NCBI GenBank assembly: GCA_017962765.1
Contig: JAGCUP010000008.1
Span: 1-61,192 of the forward strand
Direction of reading: 5' to 3'
Source: Muribaculaceae bacterium
GTDB taxonomy: Bacteria > Bacteroidota > Bacteroidia > Bacteroidales > Muribaculaceae
DNA: 61,192 nt
Notes under the pieces: generated by a model
Seen by the model: only the letters and a program-made list of their open reading frames with translations
What the model was told of the DNA's origin: nothing
The model's database searches: none
Part shown: positions 18,497 through 28,578 of the stretch, one piece after another
Numbering within the stretch: position 1 is the stretch's first letter
Layout: each line of letters begins with the position of its first letter
Position numbers and translations under genes: made by a program

Positions 18497-19921
18497 TTAG
18501 GTTCTTTTTGAGAAGAAGGAAGAGAGGCGTCGGCTGAGCATGGAGTAATACTCGGGGCGGAAGAGGCGGCAGGCGGCCAGCGAGAGGATGGCGAAGACTG
18601 TGAGGCCCACGGCGAGTGCGGCCCAGGGCGAGGCGAACAGACGGGTGGCGAGCCAGGTGAGCGCGCCCACAACGGCGCCTAAGGCGAGGTGCATAGCATA
18701 GAGGGCGTGGAAGCGGCTGGCGCTTACCTCCATGAGACGGGCTGCGGTGTGGGTGTAAAGCAGGTAGGAGACTATTGATATTACCGTGGCGCCGCTTAGC
18801 ATGGCCGGTACTCCCCAGGGGTAGAGGGCAAAAGCGGCGAGGACGATTGCCGTTTTCTCGATGATGAGCACGTTGCGAATGGTAGAAGTGTGGTCGTAGA
18901 GCTTGAAGATGATGCTCAAGTGATTGCACACGGGAGCCACCAGTCCCCAGACGAGCAACATCACAAAGTAGGGAATCGCCGGCTCCCATTTTGCGGGCAA
19001 GAGGCAGGTGATAAGTGGCTTGCTCAGGGCGATGAGCGAGATGCAGAACAGCGTGTTGACAAATGTTAGCAAACCGAACACTTTCATCACAAGTTGCTGC
19101 CGCCGTTCGGCCTCGGTGCACTTGGCGATGGAGACATAGGCTGTGACGCTGATGGCACCTTCCAGCGACGAGGTAGGCGTTTGCTGTAATTTTTGGGCCT
19201 GCCCGAAGTATCCGGCCTGTGTGGCGTTGTAGAATTTCCCTAAAATGAGCGAGAAAATGTTCTGCGATACCTGTACCACAAGGTAGCCCGCCAGCAGGTT
19301 GGCACCGAAGCGCCACAACTGCTTGAAGCGCGCCATGTCAAATTCCCATCGCAGTTCCCAGCGCGAGAACAAGGCGAGCAGCAACAGTTGGGTTCCCGGG
19401 AAACCTACTTGCAGCACTACCAGCGACCAGTAGCGCGCCCCAGCGATGGCGGCGACGATGGCGGCGGTGACGGCAAGGCCTATCGCGGCCACGTTGATTA
19501 CGGCCACGCGTTTGAAACGCAACTGCGAGCGCAAGCGTGTGAGCGGCGTGATGGTGAGTGCGCTCAGTACGGCGCCAATTCCCAAGGCGCGCATCACGGG
19601 CGCGAGCTGTGGGTGTCCGAAAAACCAAGCCACAAGTGGTGCAATCGCCACATAGGTCAGGGCGAGAAGGACTCCCACGGCCACGTTGAAGTAGAACACG
19701 GTGTTGAAGTCGCGGCGCGATGGCGACTTGTGCATGAGTAGAGCGTCGCCTAGTCCGCAGTCGATGAGGGTGAACACGAGTGCCGAGAACACGCCGAGCA
19801 TGGCAAGCAGCCCAAAGTCGTCGGGGCTGAGCAGGTAGCATAGCACAATGTTGCCCACAAACGAGATAATATTGGCGCCGAAACGCTCAAACAGGGCCCA
19901 CAGCAGGTGCAACAGTCTCAT
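18497..19921 (-). CDS. wzx: Polysaccharide flippase (Wzx/PST family)
   Basis: LLSPDDFGLLAM, DCGLGDAL, TVFYFN, ILGKFY..AGYFGQA; about 12 TM segments; inside the polysaccharide locus. Confidence 0.88.
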   Translation of the reverse strand: MRLLHLLWALFERFGANIISFVGNIVLCYLLSPDDFGLLAMLGVFSALVFTLIDCGLGDALLMHKSPSRRDFNTVFYFNVAVGVLLALTYVAIAPLVAWFFGHPQLAPVMRALGIGAVLSALTITPLTRLRSQLRFKRVAVINVAAIGLAVTAAIVAAIAGARYWSLVVLQVGFPGTQLLLLALFSRWELRWEFDMARFKQLWRFGANLLAGYLVVQVSQNIFSLILGKFYNATQAGYFGQAQKLQQTPTSSLEGAISVTAYVSIAKCTEAERRQQLVMKVFGLLTFVNTLFCISLIALSKPLITCLLPAKWEPAIPYFVMLLVWGLVAPVCNHLSIIFKLYDHTSTIRNVLIIEKTAIVLAAFALYPWGVPAMLSGATVISIVSYLLYTHTAARLMEVSASRFHALYAMHLALGAVVGALTWLATRLFASPWAALAVGLTVFAILSLAACRLFRPEYYSMLSRRLSSFFSKRT

Positions 19922-21225
19922 GCCGCCACCTCCTCATCTTCATGTGGCAGTTTCCACGACTGCGCCATGACATAAAAAATAAAGAAGCACACCAGCACGT
20001 TGCGCAGGAAGTCCTGATAGACCATGATGAGCAGCAGCAATGCCAGCACGTAGAATTGCAGGTTGTAGTCGCGCGTGGCACCCTTCTCGGGCCGACGGAA
20101 CAGCAGTAGCCCGAAGAAAGCCGCGATGAGGGCCACGCCTATCCATCCCAGCTGCACTAGGATATGGAAGAGGTAGGGGATGGTGCCGATGAGCAGCCAC
20201 TCGTTTTGCTGGAAAAAGTCGCTATTGGGCACCAGCGTGCCGCCCTTGAAGTGTCCCACGCCCCAGCCAGTGAGGGTATGCCCCGGCTCCTCGTCCTGTA
20301 GCTCAAAGAGGAAGAGGAACTTGGAAAAACGTGGAATATCCTCGTTTTCTTGATACTGGTCGCCGTCGTTCTCGAGGAGCCACTCGGCATATTTCTGTGT
20401 CTCTTCACCGTTTTCGGCCAGCAAGTAGCTCTCGGCATAATACTGGATGGAGAAGACGTCGCTGGCCTTGTTGCCCGTCGTCACAAGGTAAGTGACCGCG
20501 GCTCCGTAGAAGAGCAGTGCGATGACGGGAATGGCAAGCGTCAAGCGGATAAACATCTTGCGGTCGAAGGGAAGCAGCAACAGCAGGTAAAGGGCCAGAA
20601 AGACGAAACTCACCTTGGTCTCGTTGAGGAAAGCGGGAAAGAGCACGATGATGAATTGCTTGTTTTCCCACAGGCTTGCCAACAGTCGTTTGCGGTCGAG
20701 CCGCTTTTGAAGCAGATAGAACGAGCCGAGGAACAGGAATGTGCTCGTCATGCCGCTCTGGTAATCACCCAGCGAACCTCCCACGTGGTCGCCTGCGCCA
20801 TAGTATAGGAACTGAATTACCATGCAGGGCACCTGCAACCACAGATAGAGGTAAATGAATCGGTCGATACGCTTGGTGGCCGTCTGCCAGCGCCCGTCTT
20901 CGGCCATGAGGTAGCGCAGGATGGGCAGGACAAAGAGGTAGCCGATGAAGTCGCGCATACCATTGACGTAGAAGAACAGGCTCTCATGGTTGTAGATGAG
21001 CGTGATGAGAGCCGATACCACCAGGGAAACGGCACCAAAAATGATGTCGCGGCGGTCGCTGAGCGTCCAGCACCCCAAGGCCACCATGATGACGTCAAAG
21101 GCGAGATAGACAATGGGGAGGGCAGGGGAGAGGTCGTGGAACATCATTTGTGCCACGAAACCGATGGTGACCCTAATCCACAAGGCCACTTCGAGCACGC
21201 GCAAAATGATGTCGCTCTTTTTCAT
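19918..21225 (-). CDS. Multi-pass membrane protein, likely Wzy polymerase / O-antigen-ligase-like
   Basis: About 10 TM segments with a large periplasmic loop ending GWGVGHF; located between wzc and wzx. Start taken at MKKSDII. Confidence 0.7.
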   Translation of the reverse strand: MKKSDIILRVLEVALWIRVTIGFVAQMMFHDLSPALPIVYLAFDVIMVALGCWTLSDRRDIIFGAVSLVVSALITLIYNHESLFFYVNGMRDFIGYLFVLPILRYLMAEDGRWQTATKRIDRFIYLYLWLQVPCMVIQFLYYGAGDHVGGSLGDYQSGMTSTFLFLGSFYLLQKRLDRKRLLASLWENKQFIIVLFPAFLNETKVSFVFLALYLLLLLPFDRKMFIRLTLAIPVIALLFYGAAVTYLVTTGNKASDVFSIQYYAESYLLAENGEETQKYAEWLLENDGDQYQENEDIPRFSKFLFLFELQDEEPGHTLTGWGVGHFKGGTLVPNSDFFQQNEWLLIGTIPYLFHILVQLGWIGVALIAAFFGLLLFRRPEKGATRDYNLQFYVLALLLLIMVYQDFLRNVLVCFFIFYVMAQSWKLPHEDEEVAA

Positions 21226-21248
21226 CCTTCTACTTGACGGGTTAATAA

Positions 21249-21311
21249 GCTCACGGCTCAAAGCTCACTGCTCAAAGCTCAAGGCTCACTGCTCACTGCT
21301 CACCGCTCAAT
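21249..21311. repeat. (GCTCAnn)x9 heptamer array
   Basis: Nine in-phase units; the last contains the wzc TGA stop (minus strand). Confidence 0.9.
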
Positions 21312-23601
21312 CCTCTTTGCCGTAGCCGTAACCGTAGCCCTGCGAGTTGCGCGACTTGGTGTCGTTGAGCACCACAGCCACGTTCTTGAGTTGCCCTCGC
21401 TCGACCACGCTGTTGAAATACTTGAGCTGGTTGCGCTTGGTGAAACCGGCGCGCGTTACAAACAGGGTGGCATCGGCCTTGGCGTCAACCGAGAAGGTGT
21501 CGCTCACCATGGCGATGGGCGCCGAATCGATGATAACAATGTCGTAGCGTGCGCGCAACTCATCGAAGAACGTGGTGGCGCGGTCGCCCAGCAACAATTC
21601 GCTCGGGTTGGGTGGCACGGGTCCGGCAACTATGACGTCGAGATTAGGCGAGCCCTCGACATGTTGCACGAGGCTGTCGAAGTTGATATCTTCGCTGGCG
21701 AGGAACGAAGTGACGCCCGGCGTGTCGCCCAGGTCGAGCATTTCGGCGAGCCGTGGGTTGCGTATGTCCATTCCCACGAGTGCCACGCGCTTGTCGAGCA
21801 GAGCGAACGAGGCCGCGAGGTTTGCGCTAATAAATGACTTGCCCTCGCCGGCGACGCTCGAGGTGACCACGATGACCTTGTCGTCCTTGCCGGTGAGCAT
21901 GAACTGCAGGTTGTTGCGCAACAGACGGAAGAGCTCGACGATGCCCGACGTCTTCTGCGGCTCGACCACGAGCTGCGTGTTGTGCCGGTTGTGGCTCACC
22001 TCGCCCAGGACGGGCACGGTAACCAGTGTTTCGAGTTCCTCTTGCGTGGCAAACTTGGTGGTGAGCAAGCGCTTCAAGTAGAGGAGCAAGATGGGAATGG
22101 TGAGCCCCAGCAACAGTCCGATGAGCAGCACCATGAATTTATTGGGATAGACGGGCTTGGTGTGGGCGAAGGCGTGGTCCACCACTTGTCCCTTGGGCGT
22201 GGTGGCCGCCAGCAGCAGTTGGTTCTCCTCGCGCTTTTGCAGCAGGAAGGTGTAGAGGGCGTTCTGTATGCCTTGTTGGCGGTAGAGCGTCCGCATCTCG
22301 CGCTCATGCACCGGCAGGCGGTCCATTTGGTTGAGCGACGAGGAACTGAGTGAACTGGCGCGGTCGATTTGCACGCGCAGTGCCCGCAACGTATTGTCCA
22401 CGCCGGTGAGTACGTTGGCGCGCATGGCGGCGATTTGGTTGTCGATTTGCTGCAACTGCTGGTTGTTGCCGGTGGCGCTAGCCTCGAGCTTGCTTCGCTC
22501 GATGATGAGTGCGTTATAGGCCTTTAATGGGCTTGTGGCTGCGGTGGAATCGATGTCGAACGGGACGTAGTTGTTGCGGTTACGCGGGTCGTTCATGAAG
22601 TCCTTAATCATGGACACGATGCGGTACTTGGTCTCAAGGGCGACAACGCTGTTGTCGGCCATTTGTTGCCGCGTGATGAGCGCCTTGGTTTGCATCTCCA
22701 CGTCGGCGATGTCGTGTCGCCGCTTGTAGTCCTCGATTTGCGCTTCGCTGCCGGCGAGGTCATTGTAGATGAGTGCGATGCGCTCGTCGATGAAGTTTCC
22801 GGTATTGATGGCCTGCTCGTTCTTCTCGAGTTCACCGCGCTCGTTGTAGAGCTTGACGAGCGTGTTGAGCATGTCTTTGCCTCGGTCAATCACGGGATCG
22901 ACGACGTCCATGTAGATGGCGTTGCTCTTCTTACTCTTGGTGGTGACGGTCATTATTTCGCGCAACTGCTCGGCACGCGGGGTGTTACCGCTCACGAGGA
23001 TGGTGAGCGTGAGTGGCTTGCCGAGCTTGAAATGCTCGGTGGTGTGCAGGTTGAAGATGCCGTAGGGTGTGGCGAAGTTATAGGGGAATGTGACGTCCTT
23101 TTTTTCGGTGGTGACGCCGAAGAGGCCTTTGCGCAGCTGCACCAGTGCCTTTCCCTGCTTATCGACGACGACCTTGACATTGAGCGTGGTCATGAGGGTA
23201 TCGAAGAATTCGACAGGTGCCTCGAGCTCGATGGGCGAGTCGTTGTAGTGGTCGATTTTTGTCATGAAGCCCGTTTTCTCGTAGTAGCGTCGGTTGAGCT
23301 TGAGTTGCTCAATCATCTTGACGCAAAGCTCCTGCGAGCCCATCACCACCACCTCGTCATCGACTTTGCTGCCGCCAGTGCCCAGCGAGAGGCTCTTGAG
23401 GAGCGACGAGGCGCCCGTGTTGTTGTCCTTGTCGGCAACCATGACGGTGGATTCGATGAGGTAAGCGTCGGGCTTGATGTGCAGATAGAAGAGGGCCCCT
23501 CCCAGACACAACGCCGTGGCGATGGCAAAGAGTAGCCAGTGGCGCTTGTATCGTGCCATAGCTGCGCCAAAGTCGACGATTTTTTCCTTTTCTTTTTCCA
23601 T
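21307..23601 (-). CDS. wzc: Polysaccharide co-polymerase / BY-kinase Wzc
   Basis: Two TM segments flanking a periplasmic coiled region, Walker A SSVAGEGKS, DIRNP, PPNPSELL, VIIDSAP, C-terminal Tyr cluster GYGYGYG. Alternative GTG start at 23616. Confidence 0.93.
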   Translation of the reverse strand: MEKEKEKIVDFGAAMARYKRHWLLFAIATALCLGGALFYLHIKPDAYLIESTVMVADKDNNTGASSLLKSLSLGTGGSKVDDEVVVMGSQELCVKMIEQLKLNRRYYEKTGFMTKIDHYNDSPIELEAPVEFFDTLMTTLNVKVVVDKQGKALVQLRKGLFGVTTEKKDVTFPYNFATPYGIFNLHTTEHFKLGKPLTLTILVSGNTPRAEQLREIMTVTTKSKKSNAIYMDVVDPVIDRGKDMLNTLVKLYNERGELEKNEQAINTGNFIDERIALIYNDLAGSEAQIEDYKRRHDIADVEMQTKALITRQQMADNSVVALETKYRIVSMIKDFMNDPRNRNNYVPFDIDSTAATSPLKAYNALIIERSKLEASATGNNQQLQQIDNQIAAMRANVLTGVDNTLRALRVQIDRASSLSSSSLNQMDRLPVHEREMRTLYRQQGIQNALYTFLLQKREENQLLLAATTPKGQVVDHAFAHTKPVYPNKFMVLLIGLLLGLTIPILLLYLKRLLTTKFATQEELETLVTVPVLGEVSHNRHNTQLVVEPQKTSGIVELFRLLRNNLQFMLTGKDDKVIVVTSSVAGEGKSFISANLAASFALLDKRVALVGMDIRNPRLAEMLDLGDTPGVTSFLASEDINFDSLVQHVEGSPNLDVIVAGPVPPNPSELLLGDRATTFFDELRARYDIVIIDSAPIAMVSDTFSVDAKADATLFVTRAGFTKRNQLKYFNSVVERGQLKNVAVVLNDTKSRNSQGYGYGYGKED

Positions 23602-23612
23602 TCCTAAGTGTT

Positions 23613-24419
23613 TCACTTTACGACGAGTGCAATAATTAGCGAGGCGATGACACTCGCGGCGCTCACGATGGTTGAGGTGAGTGACAGTTTGTAAGCGTTG
23701 TTGGTGTTGTATTTTGAGTTATCCTCCCTGATGGTGTTGGGAGAAACATATACCACGTCGTTCTGCTGCAGGTAGAAGTAGGGCGACGACAGGGTGCGGC
23801 TGTCGCTCAGGTCCAGCCGGTGGTAGGCCGTCGCGCCGTTCTCCTCACGCAGCACGAGCACGTTGTTGCGCTCGGCATACTCGGTGAGGTCGCCGGCTGC
23901 CGCCAACGCCTCGAGTAGCGTGAGGCGTTCGCCGTTCACTTTCACGCGCGAGGGCTCTTTGACTTCGCCCATGACATTGACATAAAAGCCCACGAGCTTG
24001 ACGGTCACATAGGGGTCTTTGACATCGCGCGCCACACGTTGACGCAATGTTTCGGCCAGCTGGTTTGTGGTCATGCCCTTGACGTTCATGCGCCCGATGA
24101 CGGGCAGCTCGATGTTGCCCGAGGGGTCCACGATGTAGGTCTGCTGCTTGGGCTCGGCCGAGAGCGATAGCTGGTTGCGCGACTGGCTGTTGCTGGCAGG
24201 CGCGTTGTAGATGGCGGTGGCCGCCGGCACGCTCGACGAGATGGTGATGAGTAGCTCGTCGTCGGGCTGCAGCTTGATGGCATATTCATTGCTGGCCAAT
24301 GGCACTGTGCCGTCGTTGCCCGGCAAGTTGTTGAAGTAGGTCAAATGGTTGTCGCGGGTGGTGCTGCACGATGCCATCGCCAGCGTCACCAGCGCAAGAA
24401 TAGTAGTCTTTATCTTCAT
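23613..24419 (-). CDS. wza: Polysaccharide export outer-membrane lipoprotein Wza
   Basis: Lipobox LAMASC, LQPDDEL, YIVDPSGNIELPVIG, VMGEVKEP, TLLEALAAAGDLT, YLQQNDVVYV. Confidence 0.93.
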   Translation of the reverse strand: MKIKTTILALVTLAMASCSTTRDNHLTYFNNLPGNDGTVPLASNEYAIKLQPDDELLITISSSVPAATAIYNAPASNSQSRNQLSLSAEPKQQTYIVDPSGNIELPVIGRMNVKGMTTNQLAETLRQRVARDVKDPYVTVKLVGFYVNVMGEVKEPSRVKVNGERLTLLEALAAAGDLTEYAERNNVLVLREENGATAYHRLDLSDSRTLSSPYFYLQQNDVVYVSPNTIREDNSKYNTNNAYKLSLTSTIVSAASVIASLIIALVVK

Positions 24420-24650
24420 TATAATCAATTTATCCCTGCAAAGGTAGTTATTTTAATCATAAAACGAAATGCAAGGCAGAATATTATTTAAGGTGTCTTA
24501 AAAGTTGGCTTGAGTTGACTTATGAACAAAAAAAGCAAAAAAAGGAGTGAAAATTTTGAGGAATGCGAAAAAATTCGTTTCTTTGTCAGTTGATTGCAAC
24601 CGAAAGGGAAATTATAAATTTTTAAACAACTCATTTAATAAAATCACAGT

Positions 24651-26063
24651 ATGAAGAAAGCATTACTCCTTCTTTTTGCGGCTCTTCTTGGCATGGGCGC
24701 TTGGGCGCAAGTAACCAAAGATAACAAGAGCTACGAGCCTTATGGCGAAATCAAGGTCAAAAACCTGTGGATTAACGCCGAGAACTACAGCAACCGCACC
24801 CAGTTCCAGGCACAGCCGTTCATGCAGCTGTCGAACAACACGAAGCAACCGATGGCCGTGATGTACGATGGTATCATCTATGTGGCCCACAGCGAGGCCA
24901 AGACGACTGTTGTAAGCCCCGGCGACACTGTGAGCCAAGCTGTGGTTCACCGTTTTGATGTGCTCACTGGTGCCGCACTCAGCGACCTTGACCTGACGCT
25001 CGATGGCCGCCCCTATGGTGGTTTGTTGGCAGCCAACAACATCGGCGTGGACAACTTTGGCCACTTGTGGATTATGCCTTATCGTCAGATTAAGGACAAC
25101 ACCATGCTGTATCAGCTCAACCCCGATAACGGTGAGATGACGCTGCTGGCCACCCTCGAGAGCGATATTGAAATTGCTCGTATCGACTACTACGACGTGG
25201 TGGGCGACATTACGCTCCAGGAGGCTCCATGTAACATCATCGCTCCGGGCGCAAGCGTGGAGGCCGTCTATGGCTGGCACAACGACATAGACGGCGATGC
25301 CGACACTTGGACGGGCTTCTTTGACGGTGACACCTACATGAACTTCACCGAGTTCTATCCCGCAAAGCAGACGAACTGGGGTATCGCCCCCTACGCCCGT
25401 TTCTTGCTCGGTGATGACGAGGACACTCGCTACGATGGCGACCTGTTCTATATCGATGGTTTCAACCAGTATCCCACGCTGTATGCGCGTGACGGCTCTA
25501 TTATCGATAGCTTCGAGTTTGCCACCGAATCGCTCAAGGCCGACTCTGTGCTCTACCCGCTCACCAGCGTGAACGGTGTTGCCGACTTCTTTGTGGGCGA
25601 CTGCCACATGTTTGCCTATGCTAAGGGCGACTACAACGCTCCCAACACTTACGACATTATCGTTGCCGAGCTCGGCGAAGGTGCTGCATTCGATGGTATG
25701 ACGCGTTGCTGGCAGATGCCCAGCAGGGGTCTCGGTAACAACAACGAGAGCGGCCGTCGCCTCACCGTCATTAACACCGAGGAAATCGAGGTTGGTGGCA
25801 AGCCCGCCGTGCGCATGATGATTTACAAGAACGCCAACGGTATAGCAGTCTATGAGATTGGCGAAGGCGTCGAAGGTGGCGGACCGTCGTTTGACCAAGG
25901 CGATGTGAACGGTGACGGCGTGGTGAGCGGTGCCGATGTGACCGCCCTCTACAACGTGCTGCTCGACGGTGCTGAAGCCGGCGGTGATCCCGACGTCAAC
26001 CAGGACGGCGTGGTGAGCGGTGCCGACGTGACCGCACTCTACAACATCTTGTTGAACAGCTAA
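24651..26063 (+). CDS. Secreted beta-rich protein with C-terminal dockerin-like double repeat
   Basis: Signal peptide MKKALLLLFAALLGMGAWA. C-terminus GDVNGDGVVSGADVTALYNVLL...DVNQDGVVSGADVTALYNILLNS (25899-26060). Confidence 0.8.
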   Translation: MKKALLLLFAALLGMGAWAQVTKDNKSYEPYGEIKVKNLWINAENYSNRTQFQAQPFMQLSNNTKQPMAVMYDGIIYVAHSEAKTTVVSPGDTVSQAVVHRFDVLTGAALSDLDLTLDGRPYGGLLAANNIGVDNFGHLWIMPYRQIKDNTMLYQLNPDNGEMTLLATLESDIEIARIDYYDVVGDITLQEAPCNIIAPGASVEAVYGWHNDIDGDADTWTGFFDGDTYMNFTEFYPAKQTNWGIAPYARFLLGDDEDTRYDGDLFYIDGFNQYPTLYARDGSIIDSFEFATESLKADSVLYPLTSVNGVADFFVGDCHMFAYAKGDYNAPNTYDIIVAELGEGAAFDGMTRCWQMPSRGLGNNNESGRRLTVINTEEIEVGGKPAVRMMIYKNANGIAVYEIGEGVEGGGPSFDQGDVNGDGVVSGADVTALYNVLLDGAEAGGDPDVNQDGVVSGADVTALYNILLNS

Positions 26064-26099
26064 TCAACAAGCAACATGATTTTTAAAGTTTAAAATTGT

Positions 26100-26133
26100 G
26101 AAAGAGGGCTCTGTGATGGAGCCCTCTTTCTTT
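26100..26133 (+). terminator. Intrinsic terminator
   Basis: GAAAGAGGGCTC-loop-GAGCCCTCTTTC-TTT. Confidence 0.85.
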
Positions 26134-26141
26134 AGCGATGA

Positions 26142-26204
26142 GCTCACTGCTTAAAGCTCACGGCTCAAAGCTCACGGCTCACGGCTCACTGCTCACTGCT
26201 CATT
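26142..26204. repeat. (GCTCAnn)x9 heptamer array
   Basis: Nine in-phase units between the terminator and the tamL promoter. Confidence 0.9.
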
Positions 26205-26243
26205 TTGTGGTTACGGGGAAAAGTTGTAACTTTGCGGGGCAAA

Positions 26244-28577
26244 ATGAAGACGATGTGGCAATATCTCGTGATGACGGCGGCTGTGCTCTTGGCACTGGCG
26301 TGGATGGCGTCGTGTTCGTCGTCGAAGCATGTGCCCCAGGGACAATACCTGCTCGACAAGGTGGACATCGACATCGAGGGTGGCGCGCGCGATGATATCA
26401 ACTACTCGACGCTCGTCAACTACCTGCGGCAGACCGAGAACCATAAGGTACTGGGCGGCCTTAAACTGCAGCTGGCCATCTATAACATGAGCGGCAGCGA
26501 CACCACGCGCTGGTTCAACCGCTGGGTGCGCCGCATTGGGTCGCCGCCCGTCATCTATGACTCTACGCTCACCGTGGCTAGTGCCCACCAGTTGCAGCGC
26601 GCCCTCATCAACAAGGGGTATCTCAAGAACGAGGTCGATTACACTGTCAATCTCAACGACAAGAAGCGCAAGGCGCGCGTGAAATACCACATCGCGCTCG
26701 GCGAGCCTTATTACCTGCGCAGCATCGCCTACGACATTCCCGACGACACGTTGCGCGACATCGTACTCGCCGATACCGCGTCGTTGCCCGTCAAGACTGG
26801 AGACCTTCTCGACCACAACAAGCTGGACGCAGCGCGCACGCTCATCATGCAGCGTCTGCGCAATAGTGGCTATTTCGCCTTCAATAAGCAATACGTTTCG
26901 TTCATCGCCGATACGTCGGCCACCTCGCGCGCCGTTGACTTGACTCTCACCGTGGCCAACCCGCCCCACAACGAGCGCCTGCCTTACCTTGACATGCACC
27001 GCACTTTCGTGATGCGCAACGTGACCTTCGTCACCAACTATGACGCGGTGGCCATGCAGTCGAGCTACTACGGCGCCGACACCACGAGTTACAACGGCCT
27101 CACCATCTACTATGGCGATGACCGATATATCAATGCGCATACCCTCGATGAGAGCTGTCATCTGCGACCTGGTGCCATCTATAGCGCCGCCGACGTGGAC
27201 CGCACCTATAAGTCGTTGGGCCGCCTGGGCATCCTCAAGTTTATCAACATCGAGGTGGTGCCCGTGGGTGAGATAGGCGGCGTGGCCATGCTCGATGCCT
27301 ACGTGCTGCTCACCCGCGACAAGTCGCAGAGCGTGTCACTGTCGCTCGAGGGCACCAATAGCGAGGGCGACCTGGGCTTCGGTGTGGGCGTGGACTACCA
27401 GCACCGCAACATCTTTAAGGGGAGCGAGACCCTCAACGTCAAGTTCAAGGCCAACTATGAGAGTATTAGCGGCGACGTGAGCGGCCTTATCAACGACAAC
27501 TACAGCGAGTATCAGGGCGAGGTGGGCCTCACCTTCCCCAAGTTCAAGGCGCCTTTCCTGCGCGAGAACTTCAAGCGGCGCATCCAGGCCTCGACCGAGT
27601 TCAGCACGCGCTTCAACTACCAAGCGCGCCCCGAGTACACGCGCATCATCGCTGGTGCCGCGTGGAAATACATCTGGAGCGAGCGCAGTAACCAACTCAG
27701 GCACACCTTCAACCTCATCGACCTCAACTACGTGTACCTGCCGCACAGCCGTGGCGGTTTCCTCGACAGTATCGCCAACCCGCTGTTGCGCTACTCTTAC
27801 GAGGACCACTTCATCATGCGCATCGGTTACTCCTATTATAAGACCAACAAAATCAACGCCTCGCCGTTACTCACGCAGCGACAAAAGAACATCTACACCT
27901 TGCGGGCATCGGTCGAAACGGCCGGTAACCTGCTCTACGGTATCTCTCGCATGACGGGGCAGCATCACGAGGAAGATGACTCGTACAAGGTGTTCGGCAT
28001 ACGCTATTCACAGTATGCCAAGGCCGAAGGCGACTTCTCTTTCACCCACTACTTCGACAATCGCCAAAGCATCGCCTTCCATGTGGGGGCCGGCATCGCC
28101 GTGCCTTACGGCAACAGTTCGGTGCTTCCGTTCGAGAAACGCTTTTATGCCGGCGGTGCCAATAGCGTGCGCGGTTGGGGCGTGCGCACCCTGGGTCCGG
28201 GCTCGTTCAACACGAGCAAGTCGCAGAGCTCGTTCATCTACCAGTGTGGTGACGTGCGTTTCGACGCCAGCGTGGAATACCGTGCCAAGCTGTTCTGGGT
28301 CATCGAGATGGGCCTCTTTGTCGATGCGGGCAACATTTGGACCATCCGCGACTATCCCGACCAGCCCGGCGGTGTGTTCAAGTTTGACAAGTTCTATGAG
28401 CAAATCGCCCTGGGCTACGGATTGGGCCTGCGCATGGACTTCACCTACTTCCTGCTGCGCCTCGACATGGGCATGAAAGCGCACAACCCGGCCAGCGGTC
28501 AGAAGTCGTGGCCGCTGTTCAGCCCCAACTTCAAGCGCGATGCCGAGTTCCACTTCTCGGTGGGTTATCCTTTCTAA
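26244..28577 (+). CDS. tamL: Omp85-family lipoprotein TamL (POTRA + BamA/TamA-type barrel)
   Basis: Lipobox ASCSSSKHVPQGQYLL, HRNIFKGSE, FYAGGANSVRGW, FVDAGNIW, LRMDFTYFLLRLDMG, terminal FSVGYPF. Confidence 0.88.
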   Translation: MKTMWQYLVMTAAVLLALAWMASCSSSKHVPQGQYLLDKVDIDIEGGARDDINYSTLVNYLRQTENHKVLGGLKLQLAIYNMSGSDTTRWFNRWVRRIGSPPVIYDSTLTVASAHQLQRALINKGYLKNEVDYTVNLNDKKRKARVKYHIALGEPYYLRSIAYDIPDDTLRDIVLADTASLPVKTGDLLDHNKLDAARTLIMQRLRNSGYFAFNKQYVSFIADTSATSRAVDLTLTVANPPHNERLPYLDMHRTFVMRNVTFVTNYDAVAMQSSYYGADTTSYNGLTIYYGDDRYINAHTLDESCHLRPGAIYSAADVDRTYKSLGRLGILKFINIEVVPVGEIGGVAMLDAYVLLTRDKSQSVSLSLEGTNSEGDLGFGVGVDYQHRNIFKGSETLNVKFKANYESISGDVSGLINDNYSEYQGEVGLTFPKFKAPFLRENFKRRIQASTEFSTRFNYQARPEYTRIIAGAAWKYIWSERSNQLRHTFNLIDLNYVYLPHSRGGFLDSIANPLLRYSYEDHFIMRIGYSYYKTNKINASPLLTQRQKNIYTLRASVETAGNLLYGISRMTGQHHEEDDSYKVFGIRYSQYAKAEGDFSFTHYFDNRQSIAFHVGAGIAVPYGNSSVLPFEKRFYAGGANSVRGWGVRTLGPGSFNTSKSQSSFIYQCGDVRFDASVEYRAKLFWVIEMGLFVDAGNIWTIRDYPDQPGGVFKFDKFYEQIALGYGLGLRMDFTYFLLRLDMGMKAHNPASGQKSWPLFSPNFKRDAEFHFSVGYPF

Positions 28578-28578
28578 T

